64,000 nucleotides of DNA from Scyliorhinus canicula. Taxonomy: Eukaryota. The DNA lies in assembly GCF_902713615.1 (NCBI RefSeq), contig NC_052165.1, forward strand, positions 49,411,391 to 49,475,390, written 5' to 3'. Under the pieces are notes generated by a model that saw only the letters and a program-made list of their open reading frames with translations, had not been told where the DNA came from and searched no databases. Shown here piece by piece: positions 12,952 to 25,359 of the stretch. Both the position numbers and the translations under genes were made by a program. Each line of letters begins with the position of its first letter. The stretch's first letter is position 1.

Positions 12952-14838
12952 GGGCGAAATTCTCCGACCCCACGCAGGGTCGGAGAATCGGCCGGCAGCG
13001 GCGTTAATCCCGCTCCCGCAGGGTTTTTAATTCTCTGACCGGCCAAAAACCGGCGCTGTGCAAATCCCGCCGTCGGCCTCTGAAAACAGCTGGCGCCGGC
13101 GGGATTTCATTATATTTTTGTTTCCACAAATCTCCGGCCCGTATGGGCCGAAGTCCCGCCGACGTGGCCACGGGTCACGTTGGCGAAAATCACAGTAGCT
13201 TTAAAACGGCGTCAACCATTGATGATGGTTGACGCCGTTCAGTGTCGGGGGGGGGGTTGCGGCATCGGGGGGGGGGGGGGTTGCGGCATCGGGGGGGGGG
13301 TTGCGGCATCGGGGGGGGGGGGTTGCGGCATCGGGGGGGGTTGCGGCATCGGGGGGGGGGGGTTGCGGCATCGGGGGGGGGGGTTGCGGCATCGGGTGGG
13401 GGGGGTTGCGGCATCGGGGGGGGGGTTGCGGCCTCGGGGGGGGGTTGCGGCATCGGGGGGGGGTTGCGGCATCGGGGGGGGGGGTTGCGGCATCGGGGGG
13501 GGGGTTGCGGCAATCGGGGGGGGGTTGCGGCATCGGGGGGGGTTGCGGCATCGGGCGGGGGTTGCGGCATGGGGGGGGTTTGGGGGCAGCGGCGTGCAGA
13601 GAGGGGGGGCAGCGGCGTGCAGAGAGGGGGGGCAGCGGCGTGCAGAGAGGGGGGGCGACGGATGCCCGGGGCCAACACACCGTCGCCCCCCCCCTCTGTA
13701 CGCCGCTGCCCCCTACCCCAACCACCCCCCCTCACCACCCCTACCCCCCTCCAACGCCCCTACCCCCCTCCCCACCACCCCTACCCCCCTCCCCACCACC
13801 CCTACCCCCCTCCCCACCAACCCTACCCCCCTCCCCACCACCCCTACCCCCCTCCAACGTCGCCCCCCCATCTCTCGCAACGCCGCAACCCCCCCCTCAT
13901 CGCCGCAACCCCCCCTCTCATGCCGGGTCCCCCCCCTCTCACGCCGGTACCACACCCTGTCCCCCTCCCTCTGAAGGCCGGTACCCACACCCCCCACACT
14001 CTCCTCCTCCCCCCTTCCTTCCTCCTCCCCCCCTTCCTTCCTCCTCCCCCCCTTCCTTCCTCCTCCCCCCCTTACTTCCTCCTCCCCCCCTTCCTTCCTC
14101 CTCTCCCCCCTTCCTTCCTCCTCTCCCCCTTCCTTCCTCCTCTCCCCCCTTCCTTCCTCCTCTCCCCCCTTCCTTCCTCCTCTCCCCCCTTCCTTCCTCC
14201 TCTCCCCCCTTCCTCCCCCCCCCCTTCCTTCCTCCGTTAGTGGGGGGGGGGTGCGGCGAAGGGGGTAGGGGTGGTGAGGGGAGGGGGTTGGGGTAGGGGC
14301 AGCTGCATGCAGAGGGGGGGGCGACGGTGCGTTGGCCCCGGGCATCCGTCGCCCCCCTCCTCTGCACGGCGCTGCCCCTACCCCAACCCCCCCCTCACCA
14401 CCCCTTCACCACCCCTACCCCCCTCCAACGCCGCCCCCCCTCTCTCAACTCAACACCGCAACCCCCCCCCCCCTCAACTCAACGCCGCAAACCACCCCCC
14501 CCCTCTCAACTCAACGCCGCAAACCCCCCCCCCCCCCCCCCCCTCCTCTCAACTCAACGCCGCAAACCCCCCAACGCCGGGTCTGTCTCTCTCCTCCTCC
14601 CCCCCCACCCCCCAAATGCCGGTCAGTCTCTCTCCTCCTCCACCTCCCCCCCCCCAAAAAGCGCCGGGTCTCACCACTTCCGCAGCTGGTGAAACTGACG
14701 CGTATCGCGTCAGTCTGCTGCTGGCCCCTCCGGGAACGGAGAATAGCCGCCTAAAAGAAGGCCCCCACGCCGGAGTCATCTACACCAATTTTGCTCGCCG
14801 GAAATCGGCGTTACGACGGTCTGCAGAGAATTTCACCC
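12952..14838. mobile_element. non-autonomous PIF/Harbinger-like DNA transposon filled with G/C-rich minisatellites
   Basis: TIRs GGGCGAAATTCTC and GAGAATTTCACCC; 3-bp TSD CAG (12949-12951 and 14839-14841); no transposase sequence. Confidence 0.75.
13246..14235. repeat. G-rich and C-rich minisatellite arrays
   Basis: About 16 x (G7-12 TTGCGGCATC), then 21-bp CCCCACCACCCCTACCCCCCT repeats and a pure pyrimidine CCTCCTCTCCCCCCTT array. Confidence 0.95.
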
Positions 14839-15503
14839 CAGGTATGGATGTAGGGTTAGCCTTATGAGTCCTCATACATGTTAGGAATGTCCCCTTAGAA
14901 CTAATGTCATCATGATTGTTATCTGGATCCTGCATTGGTAGAGACAGGTCTCTTATTCTATACAAATACGTTATATAGAGTCTATGGTGCTTCTGGTATG
15001 ACTGGAGATGAGGGAGGTGGCGTGAAAATCCTGTCCTATATTTTTTCTGGCTGCTTGAGCAATGGCGATAGCTAATTTAAAGTTGTGAATGTGGAATGTA
15101 CAGAGTGTACATCATTCTATTAAAAGAAAAAAGATCCTGACTTTCCTTACAAAAAGAGGAAGTGGACATAGCCTTGTCGCAGTAAACACATTTGGATGAC
15201 AAGGACACTTAAAGTTGAAGCGGTACTGGATGGGACAGGTGTTTTTTGCTTTGTTCTCAACCAACGCAAGTCAATAAAAATGTTCCTTTCAAGATAGGGA
15301 ACTGTGTGAAGGGCAAGGGGGATAGATGATTGTTAAGGGACTTTTTTTTATGGAGAATCTGTTTCGATAATGAATATTTACGGCCCTCTAAATAATTCCC
15401 AGGATTTTGTTACTAAAGTTTCCATGGCTTTGCGGAGCTGGCGTCGGCTAATTCCTTTGTTGTTGGGACTTCAATTGTCACCGTAACCCCTTGGACAAAG
15501 TTC

Positions 15504-15758
15504 CATAGAACTAGAAAATTCCTACAGTACAGAAGGAGGCCATTTTGGCCATCGGGTCTGCACCAACCCTCTGAAAGAGTACCCTACCAAGGCCCACTCC
15601 CCCACCCTATCCCAATAACCCCATCTAACCTACACATCTTTGGACTGAGGAAACTGGAGTACCTGGAGGAAATCTACGCAGGCACAGGGGAAAAGTGCAA
15701 ACTCCACAGACAGTCACGAAAACCGGAATTAAACCCAGATCGCTTACCCCTGTGCTAT
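15504..15758 (-). mobile_element. diverged V-SINE
   Basis: CTAACCTACACATCTTTGGACTG...GCAAACTCCACAGACAGTCA core with a CR1-type tail. Confidence 0.7.
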
Positions 15759-18213
15759 CCAGTAACCAGAAATTCTCCCAACCAATATTCAAGAACACTG
15801 ACAGTTTGTGAGGAGATGGGGTATTTGGACATGTGGAGAGCACCCTAACAATAAAGAATCAACTTTCTTCTCTGCTCCGCATCAATGTCATACTAGAATT
15901 GACTACTTGTTTGTGCCAAGATCAATCTTTCACTTGGTGGTCTTGTGCTCTATAGGTAGTATTGTGATCTCTGACCACGTTCCTGTGTTCCTTGAACTTT
16001 TACTTGAGAGTCCCACCCCACCTGATTGCTTTCCTTGCTAACCTAACACCCTCCTTCAATTTGAGTTTACCCAAGTATTCTGGTGATCATGTCCTAATTC
16101 ACACCAAATCCCACACACACACACACAACTGTTGCTCCACATTGGATCGCATTTGGCAACTTTCCAACTTTAAAGTTCTCATCCTTGTGTTCAAATCCCT
16201 TCAGGGCCTCACCTGTCCACACCTCTGTGACCTCCACTCGCCCACATCTGTAACCTCCTCCGGCTCTGAGATATCTACACTCCTTCAATTCTGGTCTCTG
16301 GAATTTCCCCGATTTCCTTCACTCCAACATGGTTTTTACCTGCCTAGATAACAAGCTCTGAAATTTACTCCCTCAACCTCTATTTTTCTTTCCTAATCTA
16401 TCCTTAAAACCTATTTGATGGAAGCTTTGGTCACCTGTGCTAATCGCTGAAGCTCAGTGTCAAAGTTTGTTTGAAAACGCTCCAACGAAGCATCTTGGGA
16501 TATTTGACAATATTATTGGCTCTAAAATACATGTTTTTGTGTTGGACACAGTATAATGATACAATATAGGTCTTCATTGATATTTCTCTGTTCAATAGCT
16601 GCTGATGTTCACCATTAGGACTCAAACTTCAATAAAACAAAGTCAAGATGCTGAAAGCTCACTTAACCACATGAAACCCTACCACAGGAACAAGAGCCAA
16701 GAGCAAAGAAAATTGACAAGTAAGATTTTTTTGTTAAAGAAGTGCACTGAAATAAGTGAAGCCATTCCAATATCAATCCTATACAAACATTCTCCTCAGC
16801 AAGGTTTGGTGCAATAGAGAAAATATTTTGCTACCAGGAATTTTCTCATCATTTGTTGCAGGGTGTTCAAACTCTTATCCTGGTGTGTGATAGCTATGCA
16901 CCATAGTTCAACTATAAAGTTTAAATCCACATCACATTATTCTGTATGCTCCAGATTTTCTGCTTTAGCATTCATCCACCAGCGAGGCAGCAGCACTAGA
17001 AGCTATCACCATCTCCAGGGGCACCAATTCAGAAGACAAAGCAAGAAATCAGAAATCTATGGGAAGACTGTGAGACTTGGGTTAAGGCCCAGAGGTAGTA
17101 GCCACAGATTGGATATGCTGATTTATTAGATTCTATTGCAACTTTTCATGTTCACCTTCCCCATAATAGATATTACTTGTTCTCTAGATGAACAATGGCA
17201 TATTAAGAGATAATAAAACAGTTTATAATATGGGAACAAAGTTGACATAGGTAGTCAGGTGATATTTTTCAACTCCCTACCTCTGAATGTAGCCTTGAGA
17301 GCAATTAAATGAAATGAAATCGCTTATTGTCACAAGTAGGCTTCAAATGAGGTTACTGTGAAAAGCCCCTAGTCACCACATTCCAGCGCCTGTTCGGGGA
17401 GGCTGGTACGGGAATTGAACCGTGCTGCTAGCCTGCCTTGGTCTGCTTTAAAAGCCAGCTATTTAGCCCAGTGTGCTAATTCACAATGTCAAAATTATAC
17501 TGAAATCTCTATTCCACCTCGGTTTTTTTTCTGTAATTTTTCATTTTATTGCACATTAAATTGAGGGAAAGGTAGAGGGATTCATGTCGTAAACTTTCCA
17601 AAATATTCCCAAATTATAGTTGTAATTATGATTTAAGAAGAAAAATTACAAATTACACAAGATTTCCATTTCTTCAAAAAGCCACTTGCTAACTTGATTT
17701 AAATTGCCAATTTATTACCACCTTAGTTATTTTTATACTATGGCCAACAATCAGTAGGAATGTTTTGAAATTGACCAAATGTATGTGATAGAATTCAGCT
17801 TGCAGAGAGAAATAAGTTTTATTCCAAAAATCCGGAATAAAAGTGAAAATGTTTTAAATCCACAGCAGGGTGATCATTTGAAACATCACTAATAAAGATA
17901 ACAACACAAATTATAGCAGGCATGAACCAAAGATTTTTCACAATGTCACATGCGAGGCATTTAAAATGGACCTAATGTTGCATTTACATGGGAATACCAA
18001 AGTTGAGATTTATATTTTAAACCCAATGAATGTCAAACTACTACAGGTCTGGATAAGCTGCACAGCAATGTTGAAAGCCATAGGCTAAAAGGTAGTGCTT
18101 TTACATAGCCTTGGTCAGCCTAATACCCAGATAATCATAATACCAATGGTAACATTTAAAATGAATAGGTCACAATTTACATTATTGCTTTTTGTCAATG
18201 TTTGACTGTCTCC

Positions 18214-19119
18214 TTATGTACCAACAAGGACATCACTATTGGTTAGTTTTCCACAATCTTTCAGGTACTGCATAATGTCTGGCCGTCTCCGCCAGGTTGC
18301 TTTGAGTCCATATTCATGTTCTGGAGTATCCTGCACCCAAACCTCAGGAGACAGGGTTTCTTCAGAAGAGTCATTGTTTAGTCCAGAGCATGTATCAAAG
18401 CAGTCCTCTGGTCTATCGCAGGAAAGAATCATATCGTGCACGTCGGATACCCCCCTGTCCCTTAATCTATCAATATTTTTTCTCAAGCTAGCCACTGGAA
18501 GCAAGCCATCAATTGTGGGAGTGCCGACTTGTGGCAGGATGAAGACCTCATCAACTGATTGAGCAAAGTGATCAGAAAGGGAGATCTCCTTGACACCAGA
18601 GTCCACACTAGTTTGACGGTTGACACAATATAACGGAGAACTAAAACTAGAGCATTTCACAGATCTGTGGGGTATATTCCATTCTGTATTTGTGGCACAG
18701 TTTATTTTACCAACCAAGATGCCCTTTGCCACAGACCCTTGCCTACATTTGTGCTTCTGACCCAAGGCATCTGAATTCTGAAACCTTGCAAAGGAATTGC
18801 CATCTCTACCTCCTTGGTAGGTGCTTCCCAAAAATGAAGTTTTATTTGTTGGCAGTCTAGCTTGTCCACGGATTCCAACTTTCTGACAGGTGCCAAGATT
18901 AACTTTGTGGTTCTCCTGCTGAACAGGCAACTCATCACTGCCCAAAATGGTCAAGGGGACATAGTTAGCAAATGCTTTTCTCACAGCTCCTGCTTTTGGT
19001 GCAGTACTCTGCTTTTTACTGTTCCTATGTTGTGTTGTGCTGTCAGAGGTGATGTTTTTGTGTTGTGCTCGTCTTGGTCTTTGAACTGTTGTGTCTGGAC
19101 ATTCAAACTGTGGCAACAC
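18214..19119 (-). CDS. RHNO1: RHNO1 last coding exon
   Basis: ctgcag|VLPQF completes the W-V-x-P-x-F motif. The C-terminus VWVQDTPEHEYGLKATWRRRPDIMQYLKDCGKLTNSDVLV matches the conserved RHINO C-terminal block. 301 aa plus stop. Confidence 0.93.
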   Translation of the reverse strand: MLPQFECPDTTVQRPRRAQHKNITSDSTTQHRNSKKQSTAPKAGAVRKAFANYVPLTILGSDELPVQQENHKVNLGTCQKVGIRGQARLPTNKTSFLGSTYQGGRDGNSFARFQNSDALGQKHKCRQGSVAKGILVGKINCATNTEWNIPHRSVKCSSFSSPLYCVNRQTSVDSGVKEISLSDHFAQSVDEVFILPQVGTPTIDGLLPVASLRKNIDRLRDRGVSDVHDMILSCDRPEDCFDTCSGLNNDSSEETLSPEVWVQDTPEHEYGLKATWRRRPDIMQYLKDCGKLTNSDVLVGT

Positions 19120-19142
19120 CTGCAGAAGAAAGGAAAACAGAA

Positions 19143-19563
19143 AAATACTTACATTTATATAGCACCTTTCTTGACCGCAGAAATCTCAAAACATTTTAAA
19201 AGGAAGTTCTTTTGAAGGGTAGTCACTGCTGTAAGAAATACAACAGCCAATTTATGCACAGCAAGCTCCCACAATGTGTTGATGACCAAATAATGTGACT
19301 TTGCGATGTGACTTGAGGGATTAATATTGGCCAGGACACTGGGAATAACTTCCCTGCTCTTGTTGAAATAGTGCCTTGGTGATCTTTTACGTCCACTGGA
19401 GGGGACAGACGTTTAACGTTTCATCTGACTGACAATACCTTGGACATTGCAGTACTCCCTCAGTACTGTACTGAAGTGCAGCCTTGATTTTTGTAGTCAC
19501 TGGAGCAGGGCTTCAACCCAGAACCACTGACTCAGATGAGAGTTCTACTGACAGAGCCATGGC
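19143..19563 (-). mobile_element. DeuSINE (SacSINE1/AmnSINE-like) in the RHNO1 last intron
   Basis: Deu-domain-like sequence on the - strand: GTACTGAGGGAGTACTGC...GATGAAACGTTAAAC...GGCACTATTTC...GTGTCCTGGCCAATATT; tail GCTATATAAATGTAAG. Family recognised from recall. Confidence 0.75.
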
Positions 19564-20114
19564 CAACAGAAGAAATATAATAGATCATCAGATTACATAA
19601 GTATCAAGACATTGTCTATCTTCCCTCCACAAACATGAATATTAACAAAAGACGATAAACTACTTAGACACATCTTCATTGAGAAGACTAAACCTTGGAT
19701 AATTGATGAACACTTCAGTGTTGCTGATTTGAAAAAAAAAAACAAATTAATCTTCAAATTTACGTACTTGTGGAATATGTATTTTAGGAGGAAAAATTTA
19801 GAATTTTTGTTTCGTCCATAGGAAATACGCATTTACTTCATAACTTTCAAAGAAAAACCATTTACTCAATTTCCAGTATTCTTTCATTAAATACAGGTAT
19901 GGGGCAGCAAGTTTCTTCACATGCATATCTGACTATATGGATCTGACCACAAGGACAACTTGAGTGCTCTGGGCCTGTGATGATTAGAAACACTCTTTCT
20001 CAATCTGATATTGTCAAAGCATTTAAAGTCGCATAGGTGATTATACTGTATAATAGATGGAATGGTAGTATACTCTTATACTAGAAATACTGAGAAGCAC
20101 AGAAAACAACACAC

Positions 20115-20279
20115 CCAAGTGAATGAAGACTGCTGGTCAACTGGCACACACGATACCTGTCGTGGGTTCACCGCAGATGGTAGAGGCACCACTTGCCTGC
20201 ACATTCCTACTTTTTGTGGACTCTCCAGAAACAGCAGAGAGGGCTTCTTGGATTGGCTGGGCTTCTTCTTGCGGGGCAT
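20115..20279 (-). CDS. RHNO1: RHNO1 (RHINO) first coding exon
   Basis: MPRKKKPSQSKKPSLLFLESP...RQVSCVPVDQQSSFTW (55 aa) resembles human MPPRKKRRQPSQKAPLLF...RQVPSKPIDHSTITSW. Donor TGG|gtgtgt; likely acceptor near 20510. Confidence 0.9.
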
Positions 20280-21679
20280 CAAGCACCCAACATCTTGGCC
20301 TTGGAATTCATTGGAATAGAATTTTTAAAAACTTCATTAAGAAAATAATGCTAGGTTTCCTTCAATAGCTCAGTGGGAAAATGGCATGAAAAGCATACAA
20401 CATCAAGATGGCTGCAGTTTTGATCCTGGATCACTGCTAAATTAGCATGTTTCAACCAGTGGGGTTTTTGGGAGGGATGGCTGTGTCTGATCATAATTAA
20501 TTTACACCTGCTGGAAATATACAAACACAAACCATTGAACACCTTCCATAGGGAACAAAAACATTGTAATCTTTTCTAGAAAGTGTCCGATATTGGACCT
20601 TTAAAGCAGCAATTCCCATACTGGGTCAGGACCCCCCAACGGGATTGCAATGGTCATGTTTGGGTTTGCAAGCCCTCCCTCCTCCTACTACCCAGTGGGG
20701 AGGCACTGACTGGACAACCTGGGATAAACTCTGCCAAACAGCACTAGGAGTCCCAAATGCTCTTTAACTTCAGAAAATACTTTTGGCAGCAAGTCCCAAG
20801 TTCACCCGACATGTTTGTGTGCCAATTTTGCCCAGTAAAATGCTGGCCGAGACGGACTGTGTCTGATGTGCAAGGAAAAACGAGGAGATCATGGGGAAAG
20901 TAAATGGTGACATCAAACTTTGCTATGTTTCTGCTCCTGTCCACCAGTTGTGCAGACTCCTTACTCCAGGCTAGCAGCTCTGCTTCACAGGCACTGGCGA
21001 CTGGACCAAAACAGGAGAATAGGAGAGGGGCTTCTGAGTGAGTGAGTTGGGTGGAGGAGGGTTGGAGAGCGGGCAACTGAGTGAGTGAGCAAGTTGGGCG
21101 AGATGGAAAGAAGAGAGATCTCGTGTGTGTGTTGGAGTGATTACAGTGTGTGTGTGTGTGTGCGTGCGCGTGTATAGATGTGTGAGTGTATAGATGTGTT
21201 TGCGTGTGTGTGCGTGCGCGTGTGTTGGGGGGGGATCTTCACTCAAATCTGTTACCAGGGAATAAAGAACTTGGGCTGAAATCTACAAGAGTATATAAAA
21301 TATGAAGATTTTTACAAAGTACTTTAAAAACATGTTTTCATTTATATGTTGATTTTATGAACTTTACTAACTACTGGATGTTGCTATGCTGTTATTGCTG
21401 TTTTGTTTTTGGTGTCTGGAGTGATGTTACTTTTCAATTTGTTAAATGAGGGCCAATAATATGCCTCCCTCTATTAGCAGAGAAGTAGTACTGCAGTTCA
21501 TATTCATACACACAAAGTCCTTTTATTAATTGTATATAAATTGGGTTTAATTGCATTCACTGGCAATTTGTACTCTGATAAATAGGCCAACTTAGTTAAA
21601 ATGGTTACCCCAAAGTACGATAAACAGGCAGACTCCATTTGATTTGGTCATTTGTGTTAACTTATTTTTCTTTAATTGG

Positions 21680-21945
21680 TACAAGTAGGCTTACATTAAC
21701 ACTGCAATGACGTTACTGTGAAAAGCCCCTAGTCGTCACACTCCGGCACCTGTTCAGGTACACAGAGGGAGAATTCAGAATGTCCAAATTGTCTAACAGC
21801 ACATCTTTTGGGACTTGTGGGAGGAAACCGGAGCACCCAGAGGAAACCCACGCAGACATGGGGAGAACGTGCAGACTCCACACAGACTGGGAATCGAACT
21901 GGGACCCTGGTGCTGGAAAGAAACAGTGATAACCACTGTGCTGCT
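21680..21945 (-). mobile_element. V-SINE variant with an alternative tail (also 55600-55825)
   Basis: V-core joined to a tail reading AAGTAGGCTT...TTAACACTGCAATGA on the + strand. Confidence 0.8.
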
Positions 21946-22049
21946 CAAATGTGTCAAGATTGGCTCCAATTCTATTTTTCAGCAACTAGCTTTCTGGGAA
22001 AGAATCGCCGTTGCTAGATGACAAGTGCCTGGAAAAGGGAGTGGGGGGC

Positions 22050-22830
22050 TTGAGAGAGGGAAGGGAGAGTGAGAGTGAGCGAGCATGATGCACAGGGCTT
22101 ATTTTGGGAGGATCTGCTAAAGGTCAGCCCAGAGGGTACAAGGAGCTTGATGCTCCGCTCAGGCTGACACAATTGGCCAGCGTAATCGATTAGCTCTCAA
22201 GGACAAGTCCTCAGGGCTGGACAGGCCAATTGGAATTTAATTTAGTGTTCTGGGATGTCCAGGTAAGTGTTCTGGGAAAAAGTCTGGTGACTGAGGAGAT
22301 GCCCCTCTTCTGGCATAGCCAGCATTGTCCTGCTGCCCACATGCAGCAATCTCGGTTTGCTTAAGAACTGATGCCTGGTCTCCTTCCTCAGCACAGGCTA
22401 CAGGACAGTTGCCAGGGCCATGTCTACTTGCCTTGGTACCATACTGGCCCACATAGTTCACTTCGACCAGTGTTACATGGTCCCAGATCGGAAAATCCAA
22501 ACATTGGTAAGGGACCTGGCCCAACATTCCCAGAGAACTGATGTGTTAGTCATTTTCTTTGACCAGTGTTAGATGGTTCCAGATCAGAAAATCCAAACAT
22601 TGATAAGGTACCTGGCCCAATATTCCCAGAAGTGTCAGTCAATTTCTATTCCCTGGATCAGGAAAAAGAGTTTGATATGGTGGATCATGAATACTTGTTT
22701 GGGTTCAGAAAACATTGCATCTCCCAGTTCCAACGTTGGTATTCCCCCATGGATATTCAGTGTCTGATTAAGATGAACAGGTTTGGACTTCTGGTGGTGA
22801 CATGTAGAAGGTCGCACAGAACGTAGTGCC
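22050..22830 (+). mobile_element. Tx1-clade LINE RT fragments (continuing 26700-28520)
   Basis: SLDQEKEFDMVDHEYLFG; in the later segment GGQAL...FCLQTLQRYLY and LLLGLAMVANKSR; heavily decayed. Confidence 0.65.
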
Positions 22831-23549
22831 CTTGATTTTTGGTCCTTTACACCCAGTTCCTGGGGCTGATTGGTGGACAGACTCATCCCATTTAAGAGCC
22901 TTTTATGAGAGGATGTTGAAAGGCACAAGAAAGACTATTTATAGAAAGGTGTGAGCGGTAGTCCTTCTGAGGATCTGAGCAAGGTGCTGAGTCCTGCTGG
23001 TTTGAAGACGGTGGAGGCAAGCTCGTCGGGCGGATAAGCTTACGGAGGAGGATAAAGTCCTCCCCCCAATCGAGCTGGACCGGGCCCACTGATCACTTAG
23101 GGTGAAACCAAAGCGAACGAGCCACCATGAGCGGTGATAACAAGTTTTCACAATTATCAGACGAAGGAGAGGGTCCTGAAGGGCCAAGGAGAATCAGGAA
23201 GGCATTCGTATCTGCCAAGGTGTTGGGTAGTTCCAGGTTGATGGTGGAGTGGCTTGGATTTTCATTTCTTTCTTTGGTTGTTTACTTGTGTGATGTGGGC
23301 TATCTCACTAGCAGGCTGAGGTTGGCTAGTTAACAGGAGCAAGGTGGGGGAGGGGCTGTGGCTTGCTGTTTAGGCCAGTTTCGATGAGCCTCGAAGGTGT
23401 GAATGGGGGGGATGGAGGAGAGGGGTTTTGGGGAGATTCCCTCGCGGTGGAGATGGTTGACTTTGGAGGAGGGGGGGGGGGGTTCCTGATTCGATTGGTT
23501 AAGTGGATTCTGCGAGGTTTGGGGGTCCAGTGAGTTTTCTCTCATTTGA

Positions 23550-25328
23550 AGATTTTGAGAGCTTTTGCAAGAGATGTGGTGCTTTTGCAAGAGATCAGCT
23601 TGTGGGTGAGGGCCCAGATTTTGCTTCGTAAGGGTTGGGTAAGTCAGGTATTCCACTCGGGCTTTGAAAGTAGGGCCCGGGGTGGGTGGGGAGACACTAA
23701 TTAATAAAAGAGTTTGGTTTCAGATGGGGAAGGTGGTAGTGGACCCAGGCGATCAGTAGGTTATAGATACGGGGACATTGAGAGTAGGTAGGTGGTTTTA
23801 GCAAGTCTGTATGCCCAAAATTGGGACAACGTGGCGTTCATGATGAGGATATTGGCAGCCATACCAGACATGGACACATACAAGTTGATTTTGGGGGGAG
23901 ATTTGAATTGTGCTCTGAATCCTAAATCGGTCTATGCCGAAGTTGTTGGCCGCTTCGGGTTTAGCGAAGGTAGTGTATGAAGCAGATGGGTAGAGCGGAT
24001 CCATGCTGTTTTTTGCACCCTGGGGACAGAGAATTCTCCTTTTTCTCTCCTGTGCATAATGTGTGTCTGCTGCCAGTAGTGAAGAATGCGGAATACTCTG
24101 ATTGTCATTTCGGATCATGCTCCCCCTGGTGGATATGGTCTTGGAGAAGCGGTGGGTCCAGCTGCAGGTGTGGAGTTTGATGTGGGGCTGTTGCGGATTT
24201 GGGATTTTGTGTGAAGATGGGTAGGATGATTGAGGAGTATGTGGGGTTTGATCAAAATGGAGAGGTGTCACCCTCGTAACTGTGGGAGGCCCTGAAGGCA
24301 GTGGGGAGAGGGGAAAGAGATAATCTTGCACAAGGCGCAGGAGTCCATTTGGCTTTTGTTAAAGAAGGATAAAGACCCAGTAGAGTGTGGGTCATACCAC
24401 CCGATTTCCTTATTGAATGTAGATGCTAAGGTTCTGGCGCTGAGGTTGGAAGAGTGTCTTTGTCAGGTTATTGGAGAGGATTAGATGGGGGTTTGTGAAG
24501 GGTCGGTGCTTGGTGTCTAATGTGAGGAGGCTTTTAAACATGGGTATTGTCCCCAGCAGAAGAGAGGGATCAGGATGTTATTGTGGCATTGGATGCCAAG
24601 AAGGCTTTTGATAGGGTAGAATTGGGGGTATTTGCAGTGTTGGAACGGTTTGGGACAGGGCCTACATTTGTGTTGTGGGGTCAGTTATACAAGGCACCCA
24701 AGGTCCGTACAAATAATGAGAATTTGGGATACTTTCAGATGCATAGGCCACCCCTGACTCATTCTCATATGTCCCCCCTCTTGTTTGTGTTGGCAATAGA
24801 GCCTTTGGCCATTTCCCTGAAGGCCTCAGATAGGTGCAAAGGGATAATGATTGGAAATGGGGGGTGGAACATGGTGTCCTTGTGCACTGATAATCTTCTT
24901 TTGTATGTAACGGACGCAATCCCCACAATGATGATATCATGGCACTACTGAAGCCTTTTGGGTATTTTTCAGGGCATAAATTGAACTGGGAGAAAAGTGT
25001 GTTTTCCGGTTATGCCGCCGGAGAGGAGAGTTAATCTGGGGTGTTACCGTTCAGTTTAATGGGCTCTCATTTTAGGTACTTGGAGGTGCAGGTAGCTCAG
25101 GATTGGGTCTGGCTTCATAAGTTTAATTTTACGAGCTTAGTGAGTAGAGTCAAGGCTGACTTGCAGAGCTGGGATAGTAAACGTGGTGTCCTCTGTACTT
25201 GGCAGACAGAATTCAGTTGGTGAAGATGAACGTTTTACCACTGTTTCTGTTCCAATATTTTGCCGGTTTCCCAGACAAAATTCTTCTTTGGGCGAGTGGA
25301 GAAATTGATTTTGTCCTTTTACGTTTTT

Positions 25329-25359
<31 letters not shown>

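Larger units (their letters stand above)
10950..16030 (+). mobile_element. decayed L1 5' half (ORF1 plus endonuclease), interrupted by four younger elements
   Basis: ORF1 motifs DLEN..., LERAHH and FFQDF...YALLYP. Endonuclease motifs from 15062: WNV, KRKKIL, FFSAPHQCHTRIDYLFV, ISDH. Confidence 0.8.

Noticed and set aside
13180-14867. Multiple long Gly/Pro-rich ORFs on both strands
   Set aside because: They are products of stop-free G/C minisatellites inside a TIR element, with no domain content.
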